From Balanoglossus misakiensis (taxonomy: Eukaryota; Animalia; Hemichordata), in assembly GCA_040954595.2 (NCBI GenBank), contig CM082597.2:4655244-4719243 (forward strand): 64,000 nt of DNA. The letters run 5' to 3'. The position numbers were made by a program, and so were the translations under genes. Shown here piece after piece: positions 52,600 to 64,000 of the stretch; the first letter of the stretch is position 1, and each line of letters opens with the position of its first letter. The notes under the pieces are model-generated. The model saw only the letters and a list, made by a program, of their open reading frames with translations, was not told the DNA's origin and did no database searches.

Positions 52600-55503
52600 T
52601 CAAAGGCCGGATTTCTGCCTGTAGTTTGGGTCCAGTTTCACATTTGACCCCACAATCACATGATCATGCTTCCCCTCTAGTATCAGGTCAAAGTTCACAT
52701 CATATGGAATATCTAAAAGAAAAAGAAAATAATCTGATGTTTTATTGACTGAAAATCAAGACAAGAATTAGAAGATATTCCATTGAGGATGGTAGGTCAT
52801 CCCTGGTTGTTCCTGATTGATATTAGATGAAAAAGTTAAAATTTGATGAACTCACCAAACTGTTTACACAGGAAGGCCACAGATGCATTATTGTTGATTT
52901 CCATGGCAACATAGGGATCCAGTGTTCCTCTAGATTTGGAAAGTTTTCCCAAGAACGAGTTCATAAGGAAAGGAAAGTCACTCTGACTTTGGTGAACTGT
53001 GCCCCTGTGGGAGACAGATAGTTAATCTCAAATCAACCATATTTTTATGTTAAATATGTTTCATAGGCTGATTATAGATGCCTATATATTGCTATAATCC
53101 ACCTACTATTGAAAATTCTATAAAGACAATATCACTCCTTCAGTAGTACAGTAAATATACGGGCCTAATTTTTGCCTACAGTAAATGCCATCAACTGAAC
53201 CTACATTATCGTGATCATCCTTCTGTCGTCGCTCATCTCACCGTTGTCATGGAGATACTTCTCCATCTTCGCGATGTTGCCGGGCCAGTGGAAGGTCTCT
53301 GTGTTGATGAACAGGATTGGCTGTCTGACCTGCGAGGCCAGGTTTTTATCCAATGGCAGCAACCAGGTGTCAAGAGCCAATGCACATCTACCATGATCAG
53401 AAAGACACAAATATTTGACCAAATTGTTTACTTCTAACCTATGACTTGAATTCTTCCAGCTTCAAATTTGTCAAAATATTCATAATATTTATCAGTAACA
53501 AGCCAGTGATTCAGAACACAAAGTAACCAGGTTTTCTTGGTGGATGTTTGTTTTTTAAAACTTACTTGAATCTCTCATCGCTCTGCAGTGTCTGCAGACA
53601 TGTCCCTCCACCGAAAGAATGCCCAGCCACAGCTGCTTTGGTCAGGTCAAGGCGACCCTGAAAAGGGAAGGAAGGGACTTTTAGAGTTTTATCGCAGGGC
53701 TTTTCTTGTAACGGAAGGCCAAGTTCAACTATGAACAGCAGTGTTTGTGAATATATAGCTGTAATAATTGTAGTGCAGGGGATTATGGTTAAGGTTAGGG
53801 TCGGTTGGCTTAGAGCCTTCTCACCTTAAACTGTTGTATATCACTGTCTCTATCAAGAATGTTCGTAATTTCAACTCCATTGTGAATTTTCTCCAAAACA
53901 TCCAAAACCTTGCTGCACTCTCCAGCTCTTGTCTGTACCTAAATTTGTCAAAAAATAAATTAAAGAGTTCAAAATAAAATTAAAATTATTTTCCAAGTAA
54001 GTGCTGTCCGAATACCTAGTTTTACAAAATTTATATTTCTGATCTTCAAACACACAATGCCTTCCTTTATTCTAACATTTCTGCAGAAGCCAACAGATAC
54101 ATCACCTGCTGCTCCAAAATACCATGAACATGATCTAACAGATGATGAATAAAATTTGTCATCACTTTCAGTAGATTGCTAACTTACTTGTCTATTTCTG
54201 AGCGGGAATTCATCTTGATGCGGAATAGGTCGTTCGTACGGTACCCACTGTTCAATGAGCTCGCCCCCTTCATCAGACTCATGGATGTAGAAGGTCGCTG
54301 ATGCTGACTGATCCCTAGCAGAAAACATGGAAAGAGATTCTTGGTATTTGCTACACACAACTTTTTACAAAGAGAATTTGCCACACACAACTTTTTACCA
54401 AAGAGAAAACTGAACACTGTCATTTGTTCTTTGTCAGAACACAATAAGCCAATAAGCCAATTTTTTATACTCCAATACAAAGGTCTGCCTCTTACATTTC
54501 AATACAAGGCCCTATAGCAAAATAAAATGCAAGTATAGTAACCAGCTAAAGGGCAATGCAAAAATATACATTTTCGAGAATCATTTTACTGCCAATATAT
54601 GACCTTTGAACCCTAAATCCATAGATGACCTGTGACACCATGCAACGTTTTATCCTGGGCTGGTTGGAAAATATCTAGATGCAGACTGCAGGACTGCTGA
54701 GCTTTGTGAAATAACATAATGATCCAGTGTCCAACTTTACCATAGAAAACAATGGATTTGAGCCAAACCATGATGGTAGAAGGTTTAATACCTGTGTTCC
54801 ACAGCCGCAACAACAAAACCCTGAGATGCCAAGTGAATACAAACTGAGCTGTACGTTGTCCGGTTTGCTCCGAGTCCGTGTGAAAACACCACAACTGGCA
54901 GCCTTGGTTTCTGTTGCCCTGGTAACAGTGATCCTTTCCAATGGACAGGTAGTCTGTGTGAAGCTGATATAAGAAATTATAGATATATCTCATCCTCTAT
55001 TCTATAACAGTAGTTGAATGATTTATTTATTTATTTAATTATTTATTTATTTATTTCCACTGTCAATGGTAACATGACCACACACCTGCGAAAGCTTACC
55101 TAACATCCAATGAAAAAATGATTTGAGTGCCTTCGATTTAATTTTAATAAAATCTGCATAGCCATCTGAATAGTCTCTCCGTGGCAACCACTGTGGCTGT
55201 CCTGCTGTTGCTATGGTAACTCCAGGGACTGCATCAGAGGATGGGTAGTAGAGTCGGATGAAAGTTCTGAAAATATTAAATTGATGAATCTGTTCAATTT
55301 GACCAGATGAGAAAACTTTCATTCTAAAAATAATTTTCTGCAGTGGACATGTTTACAGGCACAGTAAGATATTTTACTATCCAGCATAAACTTCCTTACC
55401 CTTCCATAGACAATCTGGTCATTATATCCATACATGCGACAGCATACGAGCCATTTCCATGCGGAATCCCATGCTGTCGTTGATTCTTTGAAAATGGCCA
55501 CAT
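52600..55503 (-). CDS. Platelet-activating factor acetylhydrolase, paralog B
   Basis: [69 protein letters not shown] (exon ~53566-53658), ALDTW, PILFIN, GAQFTKV-region exon encoding H.SQSDF; ends ...RQKSGL*. Confidence 0.9.
54722..54788. mobile_element. Partial reverse copy of the ~90-bp piggyBac-like MITE
   Basis: GTCCAACTTTACCATAGAAAACAATGGATTTGAGCCAAACCATG...TTAA is approximately the reverse complement of part of 41194-41285. Confidence 0.55.
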
Positions 55504-56729
55504 TTCTGGATCATGGAAGGTACCTACACTCTCCTAGTAAAGTTCACGTCTACTTCATACGAGGCAGTGTAGTACATTGACTGCTGTTGTCCTTGACACA
55601 GGAGTTCTGTATTCCACTCTGCAAAAAGTTATTATTCTGGGGATGAGCAAAACTATTATTGGAGTGTCTGTCCGGCTTTCCAAAGCCAGACACTCTCGCC
55701 ATTGTATGGCTAGACACGCCCCTAGCTAAGACAGACACACTCAGCTTTGGCCTGAGAAAAAAATCCAACACCAAGAGTATATTATGTACCTATGGTTTAC
55801 GACCATTTTAGATAACGCGTGAGCTAAAATCGGCCAAGCAAATGGGAGTGTATCTGCATCAGTGTATGCAGTGGGTGCCACTGAGTTCTCTAATCAGACC
55901 GTGTTATGTAAGCTTGGGAACACACCCTCAACTCTACGCCACTACGCTGATGTAATGCCAAGCTGTTCTGAACGAGTTTCTTTTAGCACAGACAGTGGTT
56001 TTAGGCACGGTCTTCTTCTAGTAACCGTGTTTTAGGCAACATTTACAATGAGTGTCACTCACCAATGCTATAATCCGTAGCTGTACTAGTTCCATCCAAG
56101 TACATGTACCAAATCTCAGTCAGTCACCTGATCGAAATCACGAAAATGGTCCACTGCGCTTTGTTGGTGCGCACAATGACGAAATCACATCGGGCAAACT
56201 ACTCACTCTGATTGGCTCGCCAAAGTTTCCCGTGACCTTTGACCTTTGCACTTTGGTGTTTGTGTACGCGCAAATCCAAACGTGTCCCTTCCTGATCCTG
56301 GATCTTCGTTGGCCGGCTGATGTGTCCACATTTACTGTACACGTAGAAGTCTACGGTTTAAAGGTAGTTTTTGTGAATCACCTGCGATGTTTTTCGCCTA
56401 ACTTATTACACATTCCATGACATTGGATGGAGCGGAGGTATGTTATTGACTGATCGATTGACCAGTGTAGAAGTTGTGTACATTCCACTGGTCGATCGAC
56501 GAACCCGGAAATTCACAATCGCCGGTGTGTACATGTACATTTCACACAAGAACACAACGACCTAGTCGGATCTTTGAATATTATGGTGTAGAAGCTTCAC
56601 AACGGCTCGGATAATTGTATAATATAGGATCATCTTCCAACCAGAAAAAGTTGCGTGAACTTGTGATAGCAAACACTAAAGTAAACAGTTTTTTGATCGG
56701 CTACGTGTGCAATCAATTGAAGAACGAAA

Positions 56730-59700
56730 ATGCCGACGTTGCGATGGTGTCTCATTATTGCTTTGCTCAACCTAAGTTCAGTGAATGTCGGAACTACATC
56801 ACAGCTATCTTCCAAAGACCGAGAAAGTGGTGTGCAGTTTCCACCTCTGATCAAGAAAAGCGATTCTGCGGCAGTTCCAACAGGGCACCTCAGACCACTA
56901 GGTAAGATCAAAGAGCTATCGTAACCACAGTACAGATAGGTACATGGTATTATAGATTTGATATTGAGATTTGAATTAGTCCACGTCCCTCCATAGGGAC
57001 CGTGGTTAATCATAGATATGTGATGTTATGTAATATCATTGGTAACGTTTTCAGCAATTATCTTGCTGTCTGTTTATCAAAATACTGTGTGGAATCATAG
57101 ACAGTAGAAGTCAACTGTCTATGGTGGAATCTTCTACAATATTGCCACATATAATGACTTCACCGTCATTCCTAGCTTTTTCCCTATGTATACTTGGACT
57201 TATTGGGAATCACTGACTATACAGAGTTTATTTTCTCAGTATAACATATCCCTTTTATCTGTCTTTCAACACTTTTAACATTATTAGGTTATCAGAGAAA
57301 ACCTGACGGGCCAGTACAAGTTTACGACGAATGGCTACATCCGAAGCTGTTCTGGGAGAACCACGTCCGACCAAAGCGCCCTCTGGTATTGAGGCAAGCA
57401 GTCGGTGAATCAGACGCTGTTTTGAAATGGAATGATGATTATCTGAAGGAAAAGTGAGTTTTCCTGATGAGGGGTTTGATGTCAAGACAGCCGTGTTAGA
57501 TTTTTGTTCTGTTATGATGATAACGGATTGAGCTGCACAGAAGAAATGTACTGACCATCGATAAAAAAACACGTTTCAAAATAAAAGTCCCTCCTGTCAT
57601 ATTTTTTCATTTGGCAGACATTTTCGGAGAGAAATATATGTATCATTAACTCTGTCGTTGTTTTCTATCAGCTATGGTGATTTAGATGTTTTGATTGAAA
57701 AGAAGAGAGAAAACCGTGAGACGTCTCCCCAAAGAATGCAACTATCACACTTTCTGGACAATTATAAACTTGAAGACTGGTATGTCGTGACTGTTCTCCC
57801 AGACGAAATGAGAAGAGATATACAAGTACGTACAACCTTATGTATTAACTTTGTGTGCAGACTTTTGAGTTATTTTTTATAAATGTAGGAAAAGATATCT
57901 TCCGTATGTGTGTAATTCACTAAATGTGCGAAAAAATATAATATTCAGGAAAATTTCACTTGGAACCGATCTCAAATTTGAAAAAGAAAAATGGCCGCTA
58001 TTCTCTGTAGAGAAGAATTAATGTGGAACTATGGGAATTAATAGGCTACCTGACCAAACTCTATGCTTCTTTCGGAACTAAAACCGTGTGGTACCAGTAT
58101 CTTGGCGTCTACATACACAGAAATGAGCACAAGCCATCTATGAAGAAAATGGTTGTGAAGGGTTAAAGGGACAAAGTCTCTCCCTCGCTGCCCTTTTTCC
58201 ATTAATTATGTTTGATACAAGACACCGTTCATATTATTCTACATGTGGATATATAGAGAATCCACATTCAACGACACACAACTTCCATCCCGTTTGTAGG
58301 ATATGATAGTAAAAAAAACGCCAAAATAAATAAATGGTAAACACCGATTATTCATTTTAGCGAGTTTTTCACTCTCGTATCTACAAGTTGAATGGAAGTT
58401 GTATGTGGTTGAACGTTGTATAACTATATATCCACATGTAGAATAACACAAACGGTGTCTTGTATCAAACATAATTACTGGAAAAGGGGCAGTGAGAGAG
58501 AGACTTTGTCCCTTTAATATACACATTCATCTTCCTCTTTATTCTTGCTGTTCAAGGTGCCAAAGTGTCTTCTGTGCGGAAGTTTCCGGGAATACATTCA
58601 TGAGTGTAATCTGTGGATGAGCAGTGGAGGAACAGCGTCGGTACTCCATTATGACGCCGACGACAACATCCATTGTTTGTTCGCCGGCAGAAAGGACCTT
58701 ATCATGATCGAGCCGAAACACGAGGATTATTTATCCATGGTCTACAAAGTAAGTGGTGCAGTCCTTCAGATGAATAGTTATCGAGCGCGATAAGTAAATG
58801 ATGGTCAAGTTGAAAGAAGCCAGATTGCTGTGTTTCTCTTGTTATGTAATCGAAGTATTTACAAGTATTATAAGCCCAGGAAGTACCATGATATTCCATA
58901 CTTAAAGGGACAAAGTCTCTCACTGCCCTTTTTCCATCAATTGTGTTTGATACAAGACACCATTTATGTTATTCTACATTTGGTTATATAGTGAATCAAA
59001 GTTCGACCACTGTCAACTTCCATTGATTCACTATATGTCCATGTGTAGAATAACATAAACAGTGTCTTGTATCAAACCTAATTAATGGAAAAGGGGTAAC
59101 GAGAGAGAGAGAGAGACTTTGTCCCTTTAAGAAAAACGAAACATTACAGCCAAGTACATTACCACACCTGAGTACTCCCCATCCTCATTTACTCACATGC
59201 ACTGTACCTTGTAATATCTTTGCAGCACAAATGGTCGGGTTCAGGCTTTTCAACTTTGGACATGGACATGATTAACATGTATAAAAATCCCGACGTAGCA
59301 AAAGTGCCATGGACCTGGGCGACCATCAGAGCCGGTGACTGCGTTTACATACCAGCAGGTTGGTGGAACTGTTACATTTTGCGATATTTGATCTTGTAAA
59401 CATACATATAATTCTCCTTAGACGAAGAAAATGTCCCTGTGTTCTGAGTTACCCCACCTAACCTAGTCCTACATTCAAGATATTTGGTAAAATGTAATGC
59501 AAGCATGATTTCAATTACATCGTACAGTTAGATATGAAAAAAAACAACCCACACCATTTATGATGTATATGTTACAGAAAACACAGAAGTTTCAGGGAGT
59601 GAAACAGTGAGAATCAATTTTGAATACATTTGTTGATTATGATTCTGATAATTTTTGCGTCGAAATCCATCCTTCAACTATATATCATCTGTTTTGTCTC

Positions 59701-60482
59701 CTCAGGTTATCTTCATCAAGTTCGTTCCTACGGCCGTAGTTTGGCCGCCACCTTTCTCTTCACTATTGATGGCGAGTTCAACGACACCGGTTGCCAGGAT
59801 GCAAACTTTGAATACACCCGTCTGACTGATGTGGATGTCATATGGACGTACAAGAAAGGAGCCAAGGTATGTGTTAAAGATCTTGCCTTCTTCTATTGTC
59901 TCCAAACTTGTGTTTTCATGACACGACAGTGAAGCAATGTACTGTGTATAACATACTTTTTGTACATACTGTAAAACAATTTATTTTAAAACGAGTTAAA
60001 TTTTTCGCGATATCGAGAGAGGCCGCTGTTTCGCAAGTATTAATTTTCGCGTTCTCTTATTTCATTCACTGCATCGTTATCTTCAAAAGCAATTTACGCG
60101 ACTTTTTATTTTCAAGCTATTTTGGCTCTCGCATATTTGGCGAAAATAATTGCTCGCGAAAATAAAGTGTTTTACAGTAGTAAGACACTATAAATTAGCT
60201 GCATGCGTTTTCAATGGATTTTGATTTTCACTACACTTCATGTTTTTGTAACTTAGGTTTTCTCTTTTGTTAATTGAGTACAGACTATTGACATGGGATA
60301 TATGAACGTTGAAATGTTACGCAAAAGTCTGGTTTCATTCATCAAAGAAGACAAGTTAGTTAAAGAGAAGTTTGCGTTGTTTTATGATGCCATGAGAGAT
60401 AAAGAGGAAGAAGAGTTGCCGTCGATTGATGATGTAAGTATCTGACGGGAGGGGGAGAGAGAGAGAGGGAGAGAGACAGTAT

Positions 60483-60522
<40 letters not shown>

Positions 60523-60773
60523 CAAAAGACTGGCCACTGATTAATTAACTAAAAATTAAGGATTCTCTGACACATTTATTACCTTTAGTATACTCATTCT
60601 TGTTTATGTGTTATATTTCGTTGTAGGCATGGTTGATTCTAGACTATGCAAAGAAAGGTTTCCTGACTCGCAGTGATGTTGCCAGTTTGGACAGAGAGAT
60701 TCTGAAAGACTTTGCACGACTAATAGATCCGCCACACGGTCCAGCGGCTGGTGAAATTCACGATGAACTTTGA
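56730..60773 (+). CDS. Secretory-pathway JmjC (cupin-8 type) 2-oxoglutarate/Fe(II) oxygenase with C-terminal HDEL
   Basis: Exons approx. 56730-56901, 57288-57453, 57672-57825, 58557-58748, 59226-59358, 59706-59866, 60284-60433, 60628-60773. Signal peptide MPTLRWCLIIALLNLSS, LWMSSGGTASVLHYDADDNIHCLFAGRK (HxD), GDCVYIPAGYLHQVRS (distal His), ends GEIHDEL*. Confidence 0.88.
58163..58517. mobile_element. TTAA-flanked foldback MITE (Kolobok-like termini)
   Basis: TTAAAGGGACAAAGTCTCTC ... GAGAGACTTTGTCCCTTTAA with long internal inverted similarity. Confidence 0.85.
58902..59130. mobile_element. Second, shorter copy of the TTAA-flanked foldback MITE
   Basis: Same termini TTAAAGGGACAAAGTCTCTC / GAGAGACTTTGTCCCTTTAA. 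Confidence 0.85.
59967..60179. mobile_element. TA-flanked MITE, same family as 45845-46056
   Basis: Collinear with the RPLP1-intron copy; ends CTCGCGAAAATAAAGTGTTTTACAGTA. Confidence 0.85.
60484..60522 (+). repeat. (GAT)n microsatellite
   Basis: Directly visible in the last JmjC intron. Confidence 0.9.
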
Positions 60774-61591
60774 CCTCGAATAATGGCGTCCAATTCAAAT
60801 AATCACAATTTCAAATCATGATACATTATTTTACTTGGTTTAATAGATTCTCATTTTTACACATATTTTTTGTATTCAAACAAGGATTATATTATTCCTA
60901 ACAACAACTACATTCACTACAGTTATTTCTCATGATTTTAAACTCAAAAAATCATTTAGAAGATTTTGGGGGTTTAAATGAATGACAGTTATATAAACAC
61001 TGGGTGTTGATGTATATTCAAGGTTTAGAGTTTGTACGGAGTATAACTACAGTTTGACAATATGTATATCAGATCAATTTTCATTATGAATTTGAAAGAT
61101 TTTTTTGGTGCAAGAAACAAATCAACAATACATGTACATTAAAGCCTCTAGAGCTGCCACTTTGTGCATAATTTTCATGATTTTTTTTATTTTTAAAGAA
61201 ATAAGCTGACTGATAGGTATGCATGAACATCTCATTATAGCTTCACATTGCAATTTGAACAGGTTATATATTAAACTGTTAAGCAATATAATTTCCAATG
61301 GTGCTCATCTTAGAATAAAGTATTGAGACTCTATGGTTTGGTTTCGACCACTGAATTGATTTCATAATAAGGTTTCAGCAAATAAACTTTTCCTGAAAAT
61401 GACATATGTTGTTGTTGGGTTTTTGATGGGATATTGTCTTTTAGGATAATGTGTCATCGTATCAGTATTCGATACAATGTGCTTGTGGCGTAAACATTCG
61501 ACGAAACTTGATTCGTCTCTGACGACGAATTCTCTCAGCCATCTGGTGCATGCACATTGTAAACAGCTCAACTCACAGTCGCTTTGGAACG

Positions 61592-63784
61592 ATGGAGAAA
61601 CTACATCGATGGCTGTGCTACCTCACTCTTGTATCCGTGGTAATTTTCTCACATACCCAGGTGACGGTGAACGGTATTGTAGACCATTTTCATGTATTCA
61701 ACTGCAATGAATTCCTGATGGTAATCTCAGTATTAGAGTAGCAGTGTTTTACAACTTCATCACGACGTTTCGAGCAAAGTGACAATGATCACAAATCATA
61801 ACATTTGTTATAATTATATTATGAAATTTCGGAATACACGTTCTAGTCATGTACCCTCAGTTGCCAACACGCTATAAATATTTGAAGTTAAGTTTAGATC
61901 TTTAGTTTGACATTTAGAACAGTACTGCCAACACAATATTCTCTTTTTTAAAGTACCATGCACATGGTAGTTTAGATGTTTTAGTTCGACACTAAGATCT
62001 ATTCTGCCAACACAATTTTCTCATATACATATTTTGTAAATGACATGTGTTTCAGCCCAAGACTTTACTACTGTGATTGAAAATGAGTTGAAACTTGCCA
62101 ACTATGAAGCAACGTGGATGGAAGCAAAAGAAGCGTGTGAGCAGGACAATGGGCATCTGTTGAGGTTCTACGACCGAGAGACCATGAATATAGTTGTCAG
62201 CTATATAGCGTTATTAGATACGCCAGGTGATTAACATATTTAAGTGACTTAAGATAATGGCAAATTAAAGATAACATGGTCCAGACTTTGGTGATATAAC
62301 GTATGTAGTGTGCTAAATGATCTTTCTGCGGAAATTTCACAAAATATCCTACTGCTTCCCGGTAAAGAGTAATAAAGTACCCAACTTTGTCATTACTGCT
62401 TGCGATGTCTTCTCATTCAGAAGTACAATTGTTATAATAATTAACGTGACTTTTAAAGTACACAAATCGACATGTATCACTCAACGTTCAAGATGCCTTT
62501 CCTCTTTGGAATGTTTTACAGTCATTATCTGGATCGACGCCAATGATAGAGAGACGGAAGGTCACTTTGTTTACTCGGACGGTTCGAGCATAGATGAATG
62601 TGTGGCAGCATGGTACTCGTTAGAACCATATGATCCCGACAGTAAAGATTGTGTTTTTATATGGTAATGTTGTTTTAATTTGAAATTTTAATTGGAGTAA
62701 CCCGACCTCAAGTTGCCCGATTTGTATTTGGCTGAAACGAGTTCTCTATTGGCGGAGCATTAGAACTGTGGATTGGAAATTATAATATGACAGAACCTCA
62801 TGGCCAGATCGAGCAAACGACATTACATTTATATACAGAAAACTGCAGGTGTCAGATGAAATCGGAACGTCAATTGCAGCACATACATAATAATACATGT
62901 AATGAGACATACGCTATAATAATAATCGTCCATAATGAGAATAACTATAGTATTATTTTACTTTTAGTCTCAATCTTAAATCGCTGATGGATGCCATGTA
63001 CTTGACCATTCAGCAGACACCTTAAAGTTGTGTTAAAAACACCAGTTCATACACACATCTTTGCATTCTCCTAGACCTGTATGTGTGTATAGTGAGATAT
63101 TCCGTCTGTTTTAATGATATAGGGCGTCAACTTTTTGGCATGCTTGGAGATGTGACCAAAGCTTTTCTTTCATGTGCCAGTATAAGAACAGAATTGGCAA
63201 CTCAAGTTCATGTAAGTGATATAAAGCTAATAATTAAATAAAAAAATATAAAAAATAATAATTTAAATAATAATAGGTTCGATTTCAACCAAACTTGCAC
63301 AAATCGAATTCAGCATCGAAAACAGAAATGCGAGGTGCCACGTCTGCCCTGTCAACTCATTTGCTGCTAATTCAAACTTTTCTCAATATAATACCACCAT
63401 GGTTAAAGTGTCTTTATCAGTAAATTAAAAACTTAATGATTGTACATAAAATCTCTTTGTGCTATGTTATAATTATACAATTCTTTAAACCCCCTAACCT
63501 TGTAAAAAAAATTGTAATAATAATAACAACAATCTACTTGCTATACATATCTCAAAAACAAAGGTGAATGAATAGTTTAATTCCCCTTCTTAAATCTTTG
63601 TTAGTGTCTCTTGATAGATTCAATGACGAATACAAGGTATCCAGATTCCTCGCAAGCTCCCGAGACGCCTATGAGTACTGCTTGAATGATGGAGGGGCTT
63701 TACTACGAGTACCTGACCAACAGACAATGGAATATGTTGTAAACATGGTTGACTCGGTTGACAATAGTCTTGGGATGCCTATTG
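61592..63784 (+). CDS. Multi-domain C-type lectin (mannose-receptor-like), 5' part; continues beyond the window
   Basis: Signal exon MEKLHRWLCYLTLVSVVIFS; CTLD1 exons ATWMEAKEACEQDNGHLL, IWIDANDRETEGHFVYSDG..W..EPY...DCV, WHAWRCDQSFSFMCQ; CTLD2 begins DAYEYCLNDGGALL. Confidence 0.8.
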
Positions 63785-64000
63785 GTAAGTATCTTGCGTG
63801 ATTCGCACAATTTTCAGAAATTTTGTATATTTGACATAGTTACTTTTACTTCCGGGTTTAAAACAGGTTAAAAGCAGCATGCCTTCCTGAAAAAATGATT
63901 ATTCATTCCATTATTTTTTGTTGCGTCTACATAAACTAAACCTGTCACTAGCAAAATGTCGCAGTTGTCCGGCCTAATATCAATTCTAATCTTTACGTCA

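Overview
Eukaryotic, intron-rich animal DNA, most plausibly an invertebrate deuterostome such as a hemichordate (inferred from gene content). Bases 1 to ~19,200 are an 88-bp, CpG-rich, A-tract-phased satellite array whose orientation flips at ~3,045 and again at ~19,030; the ~200 short ORFs in the track there are artefacts of the repeat. Gene-dense DNA follows directly. On the minus strand: a GT-B/GT4-like glycosyltransferase plus TRADD-N-like gene whose intron holds a palindromic Penelope-like retroelement with two hammerhead ribozymes, two tandem nicotinic acetylcholine receptor alpha subunits, EBAG9, RPLP1 and two tandem PAF-acetylhydrolases. On the plus strand: tRNA-Glu(TTC), a JmjC oxygenase with signal peptide and HDEL, and the start of a multi-domain C-type lectin. 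Several MITE families are scattered through introns. Best leads: a possibly deeply conserved structured element in the RPLP1 5' UTR, the ER-retained JmjC enzyme, a probable pseudo-glycosyltransferase immune protein, a possibly dual-targeted PAF-AH with an antisense exon relic in an intron, and the satellite inversion. Exon models were built by hand from GT-AG sites and reading phase; no database searches were run.
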